The notes beneath the pieces were generated by a model. That model did no database searches and was not told where the DNA came from. It saw only the letters and a list, made by a program, of their open reading frames with translations. Positions 49,497 to 60,789 of a DNA stretch of 64,000 nucleotides are shown in pieces. Both the position numbers and the translations under genes were made by a program. The first letter of the stretch is position 1. Each line of letters begins with the position of its first letter. Source of the stretch: Roseicyclus sp. (lineage in GTDB: Bacteria; Pseudomonadota; Alphaproteobacteria; Rhodobacterales; Rhodobacteraceae); contig CBFIFZ010000001.1 of NCBI GenBank assembly GCA_965661995.1, positions 3,987 to 67,986 of the forward strand. Direction: 5' to 3'.

Positions 49497-50357
49497 ATGC
49501 TGGATCAGCCTCAGGAGACCCATGGCGACGGCGTGGCGCCGGAACTGGACGGGGCGGAGACGCTTCTCGAGGTCAACAACATCGAGGTCATCTACAACCA
49601 CGTGATCCTCGTGCTGAAGGGTGTCAGCCTGAAGGTGCCGAAGGGAGGCATCACCGCGCTTCTGGGCGGCAACGGGGCGGGCAAGACGACGACGCTGAAG
49701 GCGATCTCGAACCTGCTGCATTCGGAGCGCGGCGAGGTGACCAAGGGGTCGATCCTGTACCGCGGCGAGCCGGTGGCCGACCTGACGCCGTCGGACCTGG
49801 TGGATCGTGGCGTGATCCAGGTGATGGAGGGACGCCACTGTTTCGAGCACCTGACCGTCGAGGAGAACCTGCTGACCGGCAGCTATACGCGCAAGGACGG
49901 CAAGGGGGCGATCAATGCCGACCTCGAGATGGTCTATGATTACTTCCCGCGGCTGAAGGAGCGGCGGACGAGCCAGGCGGGCTATACCAGCGGTGGCGAA
50001 CAGCAGATGACGGCGATCGGCCGCGCGCTGATGAGCCGCCCCGAGATGATCTTGCTGGACGAGCCCTCGATGGGTCTGGCGCCGCAGCTGGTGGAACAGA
50101 TCTTCGACATCGTGAAGCGGCTGAACGAGGAGCAGGGGGTGACCTTCCTGCTGGCCGAGCAGAACACCAACGTGGCGCTGCGTTTCGCGCATTACGGCTA
50201 CATCCTGGAGTCGGGCCGCGTGGTGATGGACGGGCCCGCGGCGGATCTGCGCGAGAACCCGGATGTGAAGGAATTCTATCTCGGGATGTCCGAGGAGGGC
50301 CGGAAGAGCTTCCGCGACGTGCGGAGCTACCGGCGTCGGAAACGGTGGCTGAGCTGA
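49497..50357 (+). CDS. LIV-type ABC ATP-binding protein (LivF-like)
   Basis: GGNGAGKTT, SGGEQQM, LDEPSMGLAP, EQN. Confidence 0.93.
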   Translation: MLDQPQETHGDGVAPELDGAETLLEVNNIEVIYNHVILVLKGVSLKVPKGGITALLGGNGAGKTTTLKAISNLLHSERGEVTKGSILYRGEPVADLTPSDLVDRGVIQVMEGRHCFEHLTVEENLLTGSYTRKDGKGAINADLEMVYDYFPRLKERRTSQAGYTSGGEQQMTAIGRALMSRPEMILLDEPSMGLAPQLVEQIFDIVKRLNEEQGVTFLLAEQNTNVALRFAHYGYILESGRVVMDGPAADLRENPDVKEFYLGMSEEGRKSFRDVRSYRRRKRWLS

Positions 50358-51541
50358 TGCTGGACGAGAACCGCAAACATTACGACGCGCTGGAGACGCG
50401 CAGCGCGGACGCGCGCGCCGCGGATCAGCTGGTGCAGCTGAACGCGCAGCTTGCCTCGAACGGGATGGCGGCGGTCGCGTCGCTGGACGCGCTTTCCGGG
50501 CTGCCGGTGCTGCGCAAGTCGGAGCTGGTGGCGCGACAGGCCGAGACACCGCCCTTCGGCGGGTTGCCGGTGACGAACCTGGCGCATGTGTTCCAGAGCC
50601 CCGGGCCGATCTACGAGCCGGGTGGCGTGAGCCATGACTGGTGGCGGATGGGTCGCTTTCTGCATGCCGTGGGGATCGGGGCGGGCGACGTGGTGCAGAA
50701 CTGCTTCGGCTATCACCTGACGCCGGCGGGCATGATCTTCGAAAGCGGCGCACGGGCCGTGGGCGCCGCGGTGCTGCCCGCGGGCGTGGGCCAGACCGAG
50801 CTGCAGGTGCGCGCGGCCAGGGACGTGGGCTGCAGCGCCTATGCCGGGACGCCGGATTACCTGAAGGTGATCCTCGACAAGGCGGACGAGATGGGGGTCG
50901 AGCTGGCCTTTACCCGTGCGGCTGTCGGGGGTGGCGCGCTGTTCCCGTCGCTCAGGCAGGAATATGCGGATCGCGGGATCGCCTGCCTGCAGTGCTATGC
51001 GACGGCGGACCTTGGCAACATCGCCTACGAGAGCGAGGCGATGGAGGGGATGATCGTGGACGAGGGCGTGATCGTCGAGATCGTGCGCCCCGGCACGGGC
51101 GATCCGGTGGCCGAGGGCGAGGTGGGCGAGGTCGTGGTCACGACGCTGAACCCCGATTACCCGTTGATCCGGTTCGCGACCGGCGATCTGAGCGCCGTGT
51201 TGCCGGGGGCAAGCCCCTGCGGGCGGACGAACATGCGGATCAAGGGCTGGATGGGCCGCGCGGACCAGACCACCAAGATCAAGGGCATGTTCGTGCGCCC
51301 CGAGCAGGTGGCCGAGTTCGTCGGCCGTCATGCAGAGGTCGGGCGCGCCCGGGTCATCGCCACGCGCGAGGGCGAGATGGACGTTATGACCGTGCAGGTT
51401 GAGGCCGAGGGCGCCGATGCGGATGCGCTGGCCGAGAGCGTGGCCGCGGTGCTGAAGCTGAAGGGCCGGGTCGAGATCGTGACGCCCGGAAGTCTGCCGA
51501 ACGATGGTCTCGTGATCGACGATCAACGAAAGTACGATTGA
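50357..51541 (+). CDS. Phenylacetate-CoA ligase family protein
   Basis: FGYHLTPAG, GTPDYL, YPLIRFATGD, GRAD...KGMFV. Confidence 0.88.
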   Translation: MLDENRKHYDALETRSADARAADQLVQLNAQLASNGMAAVASLDALSGLPVLRKSELVARQAETPPFGGLPVTNLAHVFQSPGPIYEPGGVSHDWWRMGRFLHAVGIGAGDVVQNCFGYHLTPAGMIFESGARAVGAAVLPAGVGQTELQVRAARDVGCSAYAGTPDYLKVILDKADEMGVELAFTRAAVGGGALFPSLRQEYADRGIACLQCYATADLGNIAYESEAMEGMIVDEGVIVEIVRPGTGDPVAEGEVGEVVVTTLNPDYPLIRFATGDLSAVLPGASPCGRTNMRIKGWMGRADQTTKIKGMFVRPEQVAEFVGRHAEVGRARVIATREGEMDVMTVQVEAEGADADALAESVAAVLKLKGRVEIVTPGSLPNDGLVIDDQRKYD

Positions 51542-51623
51542 TCGGCGGGGTTTGGTTATCGGTTAACCGGCGTCGGTCGTGCTATCCGGGAAGGAGAGAC
51601 GAGCCCTTCTGGAGATAGCTGCC

Positions 51624-53291
51624 ATGCGTGCCCTGATTCCCGCCCTGATCCCCTGTGCCCTCGCCCTTGGTGCCGCCACCGCGGCCGGGGCGGATACCGC
51701 GCTCCTGATCGCGAACGACCGCTATGACGCGGCGCAGGATCTGCGCTACGGCGATGAGATCCTGTCGCTGGAGGGGCCGCTGGACCGGGCCGGTTTCGAC
51801 GTGATCGTGGTGGAGAACGGCACCGCCGAGGCGATGCGCGCCGCGGTGTCGGCGCTGCTCGAGGCGGACGAGACCGAGCGCGTGCTGATCGCGCTGTCGG
51901 GTCACGTGGTGCGCTCGCAGCGGGGAAGCTGGGTTCTGGGCAGTGATGCGGATGCGCCCGACCTCGGCTCGGTCGGGGCTGAGGGTGTCGCGCTCGACGT
52001 GCTGTTCGAGATCGCGGGGCGTGCGCCGGGGCAGGCGGTCGTCCTGCTGGGGCAGGAGGCGCGGCGGATCGACGTCGGCCCCGGGCTCAGCCGCGGGTTC
52101 GGGCCGCTCGACGCGCCGCAGGGGGTGACGGTTCTTTCGGGGTCGCCCGATGACCTGGCCGACCTGGCGCGCGACGTGCTGTTGCAGCCGGGGGCCGACC
52201 TGTTGGCGGCGGTGGCAGGCTCGCGCGGGCTGCGCAGTCACGGGTTCCTGTCGCCCGCGCTGCCGTTTCTTCCGGCCATCGGGGGGGGCGTGGTGACGCC
52301 GCCCTCCGGCCCGTCGGAGGAGGAGACCGCGCTTTGGGTCGCGGTGCAGGAGTTGAACACCGAAGGCGCCTATCGCGCCTATCTCGAGCAGTATCCCGGC
52401 GGCGCCTTTGCCGCCGAGGCGCTGAGCCGGGCCGAGGCTCTGGAGGAGGAGGCCGCCGATCCGGTGGCCCAGGCCGAGGCGGCGGAGGCGGCGCTGGGGC
52501 TGAGCCGGACGCAGCGGCAGCAGATCCAGCGGGATCTGACGATCCTCGATTTCAACACGCGCGGGATCGACGGTATCTTCGGGCCGGGCACGCGGGGTGC
52601 TATCCGCGGCTGGCAGTCGAGCCGGGGCTTCGAGGTCACGGGCTTCCTGACCGGGCCGCAGGTCGCCGTGCTGCGTGAAGCGGGCGCGCAGCGCGCCGCG
52701 GAGCTGGAGGAAGAGGCGCGCCGCCAGCGCGAGGCCGAGGAACAGGCCGACCGGGCTTTCTGGCAGGCGACCGGGCAGGGCCGGGACGAGGCGGCGCTGC
52801 GCGCCTATCTCTCGCGCTATCCGAACGGGCTGTTCTCCGAGGTCGCGCGGGCGCGGCTCGACGAGATCGAGGCGGATCGGCTGGCCGAGGTCGAGGCCGA
52901 GGAGCGCCGTTTCTGGCAGGAGGTCCAGGCCGCGGATTCGGTGGAGGCCTACCGGCGCTACCTCGAGCTTTACCCGGGCGGTCAGTTCATCGACATCGCG
53001 CAGCAGCGCCTTTCGGTGCTGCAAACCGGCCTGACCCCGCGCGAACTGGCGCTGGCCGAGGCGCGCGAGGCGGCGCTGAACCTCACCCCGCAGATGCGCC
53101 AGTTGGCCGAGCAGCGGCTTGCCGCGCTGGGGTTCGATCCGGGCCGCGTGGACGGGAGCTTCGATGCGCGCACGCGCGGGGCGATCCGCGATTACCAGCG
53201 GTCGCGCGGGCTTGGGCCGACAGGGTATCTTGACCAGATGACGGTCGTGCGGCTGCTGGCCGAGGCCATCGGAGGGAGGATCTTTGATTGA
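51624..53291 (+). CDS. Secreted protein with caspase-like N-domain and two peptidoglycan-binding domains
   Basis: Signal peptide; ALLIANDRY...LSGH; IDGIFGPGTRGAI and VDGSFDARTRGAI PG-binding motifs; three AY..YL..YP.G.F repeats. Confidence 0.82.
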   Translation: MRALIPALIPCALALGAATAAGADTALLIANDRYDAAQDLRYGDEILSLEGPLDRAGFDVIVVENGTAEAMRAAVSALLEADETERVLIALSGHVVRSQRGSWVLGSDADAPDLGSVGAEGVALDVLFEIAGRAPGQAVVLLGQEARRIDVGPGLSRGFGPLDAPQGVTVLSGSPDDLADLARDVLLQPGADLLAAVAGSRGLRSHGFLSPALPFLPAIGGGVVTPPSGPSEEETALWVAVQELNTEGAYRAYLEQYPGGAFAAEALSRAEALEEEAADPVAQAEAAEAALGLSRTQRQQIQRDLTILDFNTRGIDGIFGPGTRGAIRGWQSSRGFEVTGFLTGPQVAVLREAGAQRAAELEEEARRQREAEEQADRAFWQATGQGRDEAALRAYLSRYPNGLFSEVARARLDEIEADRLAEVEAEERRFWQEVQAADSVEAYRRYLELYPGGQFIDIAQQRLSVLQTGLTPRELALAEAREAALNLTPQMRQLAEQRLAALGFDPGRVDGSFDARTRGAIRDYQRSRGLGPTGYLDQMTVVRLLAEAIGGRIFD

Positions 53292-53827
53292 ACTGTGCAG
53301 TAAGGGGTGTTGCTGGTGCCGGTCTTCTGCTGTGCCTGGCCGGTGGGGCGCCGGCCCAGGACCCCGCCGAGCTTGAGGTCGCGCGGGAGATCCTGATGGA
53401 GTTGCAGCCGCGCAGCTTCGCCGAGAATCGCGAGTATTGCGGGTATATCGGCGTGCTGCCGGAGGGCGGCTACATGGCGACCGAGGTCAGCCGGGGGGAT
53501 CAGTGGTCCTGCCTGAGTCGCGGCGACGAGAGCCGGTTCCTCGAGGTGACGGCCTCGTTCCATACCCATGCCGCCTTCGACCGGGGGGCCGACAGCGAGG
53601 TGCCCTCGAGCGACGATCTGCGCGGCGACATGGAAGAGGGCGTGAACGGATATGTCGCGACGCCCGGCGGGCGGCTGTGGTACATCGACGGTGAGCGTGG
53701 TGTCGCGGTGCAACTCTGCGGGCCGGGCTGCATGGGGCAGGACCCGGATTTCATCGCGGGCGATGCAGGGCCGATCGCGGGGCGCTATACGCTCGACGAT
53801 CTGCAGAGACGGGAGAACGGGGAATGA
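53288..53827 (+). CDS. DUF4329 (JAB/MPN-like) domain secreted protein
   Basis: REYCGYI, FHTH, PSSDD, GYVATPGGRLW; N-terminal signal-like stretch; TTG start approximate. Confidence 0.75.
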   Translation: MNCAVRGVAGAGLLLCLAGGAPAQDPAELEVAREILMELQPRSFAENREYCGYIGVLPEGGYMATEVSRGDQWSCLSRGDESRFLEVTASFHTHAAFDRGADSEVPSSDDLRGDMEEGVNGYVATPGGRLWYIDGERGVAVQLCGPGCMGQDPDFIAGDAGPIAGRYTLDDLQRRENGE

Positions 53828-54315
53828 CCGACACACCCGAGGCGCGGCTGGCGGCGATGGGCCTGACCTTGCCCTCGCCGGTGCAGGTGCCCGAGGGGCT
53901 GCACCTGCCCTTCACCTTCATCAATGTCCGTGGGTCGCGCGTGCTGATCTCGGGGCATCCCGAACAGTCGCCGGAGGGCCGCATCGCCGGGCCCTACGGG
54001 CAGGTCGGCGCGGATCTGACCACCGCGCAGGCCGCGGGCGTGGCACAGCGGATCGGGCTGTCGGTGCTGGCCAACCTCAAGACCGAAATCGGCGAGCTGT
54101 CCCGCGTGGCGGGCTGGGTTCGCGTCTTCGGCATGGTGAATTCGGCCCCCGGCTACGCCGAGCAGCACCTTGTGCTGAACGGGTTCTCCGACCTGATTCT
54201 CGGGGTCTTCGGGCCAGGGGTCGGGCGGCACGCGCGCTCGGCCATCGGCTGCGCCGGGCTGCCGATGAATTTCGCGATGGAGATCGAGGGCGAACTCGAG
54301 CTGCGGGACGGCTGA
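53824..54315 (+). CDS. RidA/YjgF family protein (second copy)
   Basis: ISGH, NGFSDL, HARSAIG, EIEG. Confidence 0.88.
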   Translation: MTDTPEARLAAMGLTLPSPVQVPEGLHLPFTFINVRGSRVLISGHPEQSPEGRIAGPYGQVGADLTTAQAAGVAQRIGLSVLANLKTEIGELSRVAGWVRVFGMVNSAPGYAEQHLVLNGFSDLILGVFGPGVGRHARSAIGCAGLPMNFAMEIEGELELRDG

Positions 54316-54334
54316 GAGCCGCGACGCGGCCAAG

Positions 54335-54360
54335 AAAAAAGCCGCCCGAGGGCGGCCTTT
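54335..54360 (-). terminator. Rho-independent terminator after rpmJ (possibly bidirectional)
   Basis: aaaaaa-gccgccc-ga-gggcggc-cttt. Confidence 0.75.
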
Positions 54361-54382
54361 CCATCAGCGTGACGCTGCTGTC

Positions 54383-54508
54383 TCAGCCCTGGCGGGCCTT
54401 GAAGCGGCGCTGGGTCTTGTTGATCACGTAGACCCGGCCCTTGCGGCGCACGACGCGGCAATCGCGATGGCGCTGCTTGAGCGAGCGGAGCGAGTTCTTG
54501 ACCTTCAT
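54383..54508 (-). CDS. rpmJ: 50S ribosomal protein L36 (type B / YkgO-like, 41 aa; not in ORF track)
   Basis: [41 protein letters not shown]. Confidence 0.97.
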   Translation of the reverse strand: MKVKNSLRSLKQRHRDCRVVRRKGRVYVINKTQRRFKARQG

Positions 54509-54598
54509 GGCCTTCTCCTTCGTCGCGGCGCGGCGATGCGCCTTGGGTTGCTGTCTGGCTCCGCGAAGGGGCCGGTGAATTCTGCCCCGTTTCCGAGG

Positions 54599-54673
<75 letters not shown>

Positions 54674-54839
54674 GTTCCCGAAAGACGCCCTGCACGAGAC
54701 AACAGCCGAATGGCCCGAGTCTGCGAAGCCGCCGCTTGGGTGTGCGGTCTATAGAAGGATCGCCGAGGGGGTTCAAGGGCTTTTGGCCTTGCGCGAAAAC
54801 CGGCTATATCTTTGCCAGAGACATGGACCCGGAGCGCGC

Positions 54840-55697
54840 ATGCCCCCCGCCTTTCGCATCGAACGACCGCGTGACCTGCTGACCCCCGTCGTGGTCGCGA
54901 CGCCGCATTCGGGGCGCTACTATCCGCCGGATTTCCTGGCCACCACGGTGCTGGACGGCCATGGCATACGCTCGTCCGAAGACGCCTTCATGGACATGCT
55001 CGTCTCGGCGGCGCCGGGTCTTGGGGCGCCGCTGATCGCGGCGGAATATCCGCGCGCCTGGCTCGACCTGAACCGCAGCCCGGAAGAGCTGGACCCCGGC
55101 GTCGTCGAGGGCGTGGCGCGCGGGGTGCAGACGCCGCGCATTTCCTCGGGGCTGGGGGTGATCCCGCGGGTCGTGGCCAACGGCCGCGCGATCTATCGCG
55201 GCAAGATCAGCCGCCTGGAGGCCGAGGCGCGAATCGCGCAGGTCTGGCGGCCCTACCATGCCGCGCTGGACGGGCTGATGGCCGAGGCACAGTACGCCTA
55301 TGGCGAGGCGGTGCTGCTGGATTTCCACTCGATGCCGCACGAGGCGCTCGACGGGGTGTCGCGGTCCGGTCAGCGGCGCCCCGAGGTCGTGCTGGGCGAC
55401 CGCTTCGGCGCCTCCGCCGCGACCGAGGTGGTGGACGTGCTCGAAGAGGCTTTCTTTTCGGAAGGGCTGAACGTGATCCGTAACGCGCCCTTCGCGGGCG
55501 CTTTCGTGACGCAGCATTACGGGCGGCCGTCGCGCGGTCGCCACGCGGTGCAGATCGAGATCGACCGTGCGCTCTACATGAACGAGCGGATGCTGCGGCC
55601 CTCGGGCAATTTCGACACGATCAAGCGGATCATCACCGAGGTGATCGACCGGGTGATCGCCTCGCGCCCCGGCCGGATTCCGCTGGCGGCCGAATGA
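54840..55697 (+). CDS. N-formylglutamate amidohydrolase family protein
   Basis: TPHSG..YP, DLNR, GLGVIPR, DFHSMP, LGDRFG, QIEIDR. Confidence 0.92.
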   Translation: MPPAFRIERPRDLLTPVVVATPHSGRYYPPDFLATTVLDGHGIRSSEDAFMDMLVSAAPGLGAPLIAAEYPRAWLDLNRSPEELDPGVVEGVARGVQTPRISSGLGVIPRVVANGRAIYRGKISRLEAEARIAQVWRPYHAALDGLMAEAQYAYGEAVLLDFHSMPHEALDGVSRSGQRRPEVVLGDRFGASAATEVVDVLEEAFFSEGLNVIRNAPFAGAFVTQHYGRPSRGRHAVQIEIDRALYMNERMLRPSGNFDTIKRIITEVIDRVIASRPGRIPLAAE

Positions 55698-55784
55698 TGC
55701 GCCCCTGACCGAAAGGAGCGGCCTTGGCCGCGTTTCTTTAGGGTCGCTTCGCTCCGTGAGTCTTTTGTTCGTGCTTCGCGCGTG

Positions 55785-55897
55785 GGGGGCTCCGCCCCCG
55801 TCGCTACGCGACCTCCCCGCCATATTTGAGGGATGAAGATGCGATAGGGGCGCTACCTGTGCATCTCTATCCCTGAAATATGGCCGCCGGAGGCATC
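55785..55897. repeat. Composite palindromic intergenic element
   Basis: gggggc-tcc-gccccc hairpin; imperfect inverted pair ccatatttgagggatgaagatgc (55820-55842) / gcatctctatccctgaaatatgg (55861-55883). Confidence 0.6.
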
Positions 55898-56019
55898 GAC
55901 CCTCGCGAGACCGTCCCAAGTGGGCTGCCGTCGGAGTTCCGCGCCGGCGCCGGCCAAGGAGTTCGGAGAACCTTGTTCTCCGCCACGGGCGACGGCGAAG
56001 CCGGCGCAATCCCTTTTTG

Positions 56020-57273
<1,254 letters not shown>

Positions 57274-57368
57274 GGCGCGAAGATAGGCCGAACGGCGGGT
57301 TTGCGTAAGGGAGCGTTTCGCGGCTGCGCGGTTTGGGGTAGGCTGACGCGGTGACCGCCCGGAGTTGA

Positions 57369-57680
57369 ATGTCGATGACCGACGAAGACAGCATCGCCTG
57401 CCGCACGCCCACGGAGGGGCGCGACGCGGTCACGCGCATTCCGGCGTGGAAATTTCACCTCGTCCGCAAGGCGATCCTGCATGCGGTGGAGGCGGCGGGG
57501 CCGGAGGGCCTGGCCCTGTCGCAGCTGACGGGGGAAGTGAAGGCGCGGTTGAGCCAGGCCGACATGGCGCGGCTGGGGGCGCTGGGGTGGCATTGCACCA
57601 CCGTGAAGCTGGAAATGGAGGTCGCGGGCGAGCTTGCGCGGGTACCCGGCCCCGGGCCGCAGCGCCTGATCCTGGCGTGA
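57369..57680 (+). CDS. Conserved hypothetical protein (winged-helix-like)
   Basis: TRIPAWKF..VRKAIL, GWHCTTVKLEMEV.GEL. Confidence 0.7.
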   Translation: MSMTDEDSIACRTPTEGRDAVTRIPAWKFHLVRKAILHAVEAAGPEGLALSQLTGEVKARLSQADMARLGALGWHCTTVKLEMEVAGELARVPGPGPQRLILA

Positions 57681-57767
57681 CGGGGGAGACGCGGTCGGGA
57701 ATTCCCCCATGCATGCCGGCGTTTTTCGCCTAGCTTTTGGGCGTGGCGCCCCGGCATATGTTCGGGC

Positions 57768-58688
57768 ATGAAGCCCGAGAACCAACAGACGAGTTTCGAT
57801 ATGGACCAATTGCTTGCCGAACTCTTGGGCGGGAACCTCGTGATCCTGCTGCTTGCCCTGTTCATCATCCTCTGTATCTTCCTTGCGATCCGCATCGTGC
57901 CGCAGTCCGAGCAGCACGTGGTGGAACGCTTCGGGCGGCTGAAAGCCGTGCTGGGGCCGGGGATCAACTTCATCGTGCCCTTCCTCGACCGGGTGGCGCA
58001 CAAGGTCTCGATCCTCGAGCGGCAACTGCCCACGGCAAGCCAGGACGCGATCACCGCCGATAACGTGCTGGTGCAGGTCGAGACGAGCGTCTTCTACCGC
58101 ATCCTCGAGCCGGAGAAGACGGTTTACCGCATCCGCGATGTCGATGCCGCCATCGCCACGACCGTGGCGGGGATCGTGCGGGCCGAGATCGGCAAGATGG
58201 AACTGGACGAGGTGCAGTCGAACCGCTCCACGCTGATCGCGACGATCAAGACGAGCGTCGAGGATGCCGTCGACAACTGGGGAATCGAGGTGACGCGGGC
58301 GGAAATCCTGGACGTGAACCTCGACCAGGCGACGCGGGACGCGATGCTGCAGCAGCTGAACGCCGAACGTGAGCGGCGGGCGGCGGTGACGCGGGCCGAG
58401 GGGCAGAAGCGCGCGGTGGAGCTGAACGCCGATGCCGAGCTCTATGCCGCGCGGCAGGCCGCCGAGGCGCGGCGCGTCGAGGCGGATGCCGAGGCCTATG
58501 CCACGGGCGTCGTGGCCGAGGCGATCGCCAAGGGCGGGCTCGAGGCGGTGCAGTACAACATCGCGCTCAAGCAGGTCGAGGCGATCGGGTCGGTCGCCAA
58601 TGGCCAGGGCAACCAGACGATCATCGTGCCCGCCGACGCGGTCGATGCCTTCGGCAAGGCGTTCCAGATGCTGAAGGGGCGCGGCTGA
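57768..58688 (+). CDS. SPFH/band 7 domain protein (start 57768 or 57801)
   Basis: VVERFG, PGINFIVPF, ITADNV, WGIEVTRAEI, AERERRA. Confidence 0.93.
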   Translation: MKPENQQTSFDMDQLLAELLGGNLVILLLALFIILCIFLAIRIVPQSEQHVVERFGRLKAVLGPGINFIVPFLDRVAHKVSILERQLPTASQDAITADNVLVQVETSVFYRILEPEKTVYRIRDVDAAIATTVAGIVRAEIGKMELDEVQSNRSTLIATIKTSVEDAVDNWGIEVTRAEILDVNLDQATRDAMLQQLNAERERRAAVTRAEGQKRAVELNADAELYAARQAAEARRVEADAEAYATGVVAEAIAKGGLEAVQYNIALKQVEAIGSVANGQGNQTIIVPADAVDAFGKAFQMLKGRG

Positions 58689-58972
58689 TGTGGGCCGATT
58701 GGTGGGTCTGGGGCGTTGCCGCTGTCGTTCTCGCCATCGGCGAGGTGCTGATCCCCGGCTTCGTGCTTCTGGGGTTCGCCGTGGGCGCGGGTGTCGTCGC
58801 GCTGGTCCTGCTGGTGGGCGGGCCGCTGGCCGTGTGGCTGGGCGGATCGCTGCCCATCCTGCTCCTTGTCTTCGCGGTGGTGTCGCTGGTCTCGTGGCTG
58901 GCGCTGCGCCGCTGGGCGGGCGTCTATCGCGGGCAGGTGAAGACCTTTGACCGGGACATCAACGACAACTGA
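58688..58972 (+). CDS. Short NfeD-like membrane protein
   Basis: WWVW...LAIGEVLIPGFVLLGFA; coupled to SPFH; no C-terminal OB domain. Confidence 0.8.
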   Translation: MWADWWVWGVAAVVLAIGEVLIPGFVLLGFAVGAGVVALVLLVGGPLAVWLGGSLPILLLVFAVVSLVSWLALRRWAGVYRGQVKTFDRDINDN

Positions 58973-59728
58973 TCACGCGCCCTCGCGCGAGAGGCGGAAG
59001 CCGAGCGGTTTCTTCAGCGCGTCCCCCTTGGTGAGCCAGGCGACTGAGAAGGCCAGCACGCCGGCGGTCTCGACCCAGAAGATGTAGTTGACCGCGCGCA
59101 GCTGGTCCTTGAACGGAAGGACGAGATAGGCCAGCGCACCGAGGATCGAGGCGATGAGCACCGCACCGCAGGCGTAGTAGGTCAGGTGTTCGAGGCTGAG
59201 GGCGGGTTTGCCGTCGGCGCGCCGCGTGCCCCCCATCGGGAAGAGCACGAGGCAGAAATAGGCGAGTGCGGCGAAGAACACCGCGGCGGCGGCGAAATGC
59301 AGTGGCCCGGTGATGAAGTGGAGGCCGGTCATCAGGGTCGGGTCGGGCAGCGTGCCCGCGCAGGGGCCGGTCGCGGCGCCGGCGATGCAGCGGGCGAAAT
59401 CGCCGTCCGCGCCGGCTGGCAGGAAGGCCACCATGAGCGCCGCGACACCCGCGATGATCGAGGTGGCGCGGTCGCCAAGAGGAAAGCGCTCGGGCTTGGC
59501 GCGGTAGCCACGGTAGGAGATCAGGAAGACGCCGATGGCCACGAGGCAGCCGACGAAGACGTCGCCCATCGCCGTGTAGTAGAATTCCGAGATAGAGGGT
59601 TGCATCCGCCCCGGTCCGGAGCGTCCGTAGAGGTAGAGCGCGACAGGCAGGATCAGGCCGAGCAGGCCGATGCCCTGCCGCACGGCGAGGAAGTGGAGAT
59701 CGAGGCGCGGATCGTCATCTTGCAGCAT
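58973..59728 (-). CDS. Hypothetical multi-pass membrane protein (DUF998-like)
   Basis: SISEFYY, LHFAAAAVFF, ETAGVLAFSVAWLTKG. Confidence 0.7.
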   Translation of the reverse strand: MLQDDDPRLDLHFLAVRQGIGLLGLILPVALYLYGRSGPGRMQPSISEFYYTAMGDVFVGCLVAIGVFLISYRGYRAKPERFPLGDRATSIIAGVAALMVAFLPAGADGDFARCIAGAATGPCAGTLPDPTLMTGLHFITGPLHFAAAAVFFAALAYFCLVLFPMGGTRRADGKPALSLEHLTYYACGAVLIASILGALAYLVLPFKDQLRAVNYIFWVETAGVLAFSVAWLTKGDALKKPLGFRLSREGA

Positions 59729-59776
59729 GGCATCCCCCGTCTTCTGACCGGGGCGCAGCATAGCATGGAACCGTGA

Positions 59777-60484
59777 CTACCGCGTGGCGGAAAGCTCGGC
59801 CGTGATCGCCTGCGCGGCGGTGCGCGGGTCGGCGGCCTGCCAGACGGGGCGACCGACGACGATGTGATCGGCCCCGGCGGCGATGGCGGCGGCGGGGGTT
59901 GCGATGCGCTTCTGGTCGCCGGTGTCGCTGCCCGAGGGGCGCACGCCGGGGGTGACGATCAGGCGGCCTTCGGATTGTGGCAGCGCGCGGATCATCGCGG
60001 CCTCGTGCGGGGAGGCGATGACGCCGTCGGCCCCGGCTTCGAAGGCGCGGGCGGCGCGGGCCGTGACGATCTCGGCCATGGCGCCCGGAACGATCAGGTT
60101 GGCGTCGAGGTCGGCGCGGTCGTTGGAGGTGAGGATCGTGACGGCGAGGATCTTGAGATCCTTGCCCGCGGCCCCCTCTTTCGCGGCGCGCACCACCTGC
60201 GGGTCGCCGTGGACGGTGAGGAAATCGAGGTCATAGGCCGCGATGCCGCGCACGGCCTTTTCCACGGTCGCGCCGATGTCGAAGAATTTCATGTCGAGGA
60301 AGATGCGCTTGCCGTGTTCCTGCTTGAGCTCGTTGGCCAGCGCGAGGCCGCCGCCGGTCAGCATGCCCAGCCCGATCTTGTAGAACGAGACCGCGTCGCC
60401 GATGCGCTCGGCCATCTGCAGCCCTTCGAGCGCGTTGGGCACGTCGAGGGCGACGATCAGGCGGTCATCGGCGGGGTTGGTCAT
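59777..60484 (-). CDS. pyrF: Orotidine-5'-phosphate decarboxylase
   Basis: LIVALD, FLDMKFFDI, VTILTS, VTPGVR, VVGRP. Confidence 0.96.
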   Translation of the reverse strand: MTNPADDRLIVALDVPNALEGLQMAERIGDAVSFYKIGLGMLTGGGLALANELKQEHGKRIFLDMKFFDIGATVEKAVRGIAAYDLDFLTVHGDPQVVRAAKEGAAGKDLKILAVTILTSNDRADLDANLIVPGAMAEIVTARAARAFEAGADGVIASPHEAAMIRALPQSEGRLIVTPGVRPSGSDTGDQKRIATPAAAIAAGADHIVVGRPVWQAADPRTAAQAITAELSATR

Positions 60485-60682
60485 GGGGGCTGGCCTTTCG
60501 GATCGGATGGTCCGCCCGTTCCTAGGCCTGCGCGCCCGATCTGTCCATTGGAGTCGGGGGGCGCCGGTACTGAGAGAGGCGCCCCCCTTCGCGGCCCTGA
60601 ACACACGCAGCCGCTCGATGATATGTGACAGATTCGCAGCCTTCCGCCTAGTGGAATGTTTCCACTGTTGATTTCGGTGTGA

Positions 60683-60712
60683 CTTGCAGGCCATGCCCAT
60701 GCATCCCACATA
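60683..60712 (+). promoter_or_regulatory. Putative RpoH (sigma32) promoter of clpB
   Basis: CTTGCA-N16-CCCACATA, similar to the alphaproteobacterial heat-shock consensus. Confidence 0.65.
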
Positions 60713-60789
60713 ATTGCACGAGGCCCACAGGCCGCCATGCCGCGTAGCCGGGTGGTGGCAGACCGGGTGCTTTGAAAAGGAGAAAGACC

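Noticed and set aside
51554-51570. CtrA site before the PG-binding gene (also ttaaccttaa at 49433)
   Set aside because: Only half-sites; spacing does not fit TTAA-N7-TTAA.
54383-54508. Zn-free L36 as a zinc-starvation paralogue
   Set aside because: This form is the usual single L36 in Alphaproteobacteria; no Zur box or paired L31 gene seen.
57274-57368. LexA box upstream of dinB
   Set aside because: No GTTC-N7-GTTC or GAAC-N7-GAAC match found.
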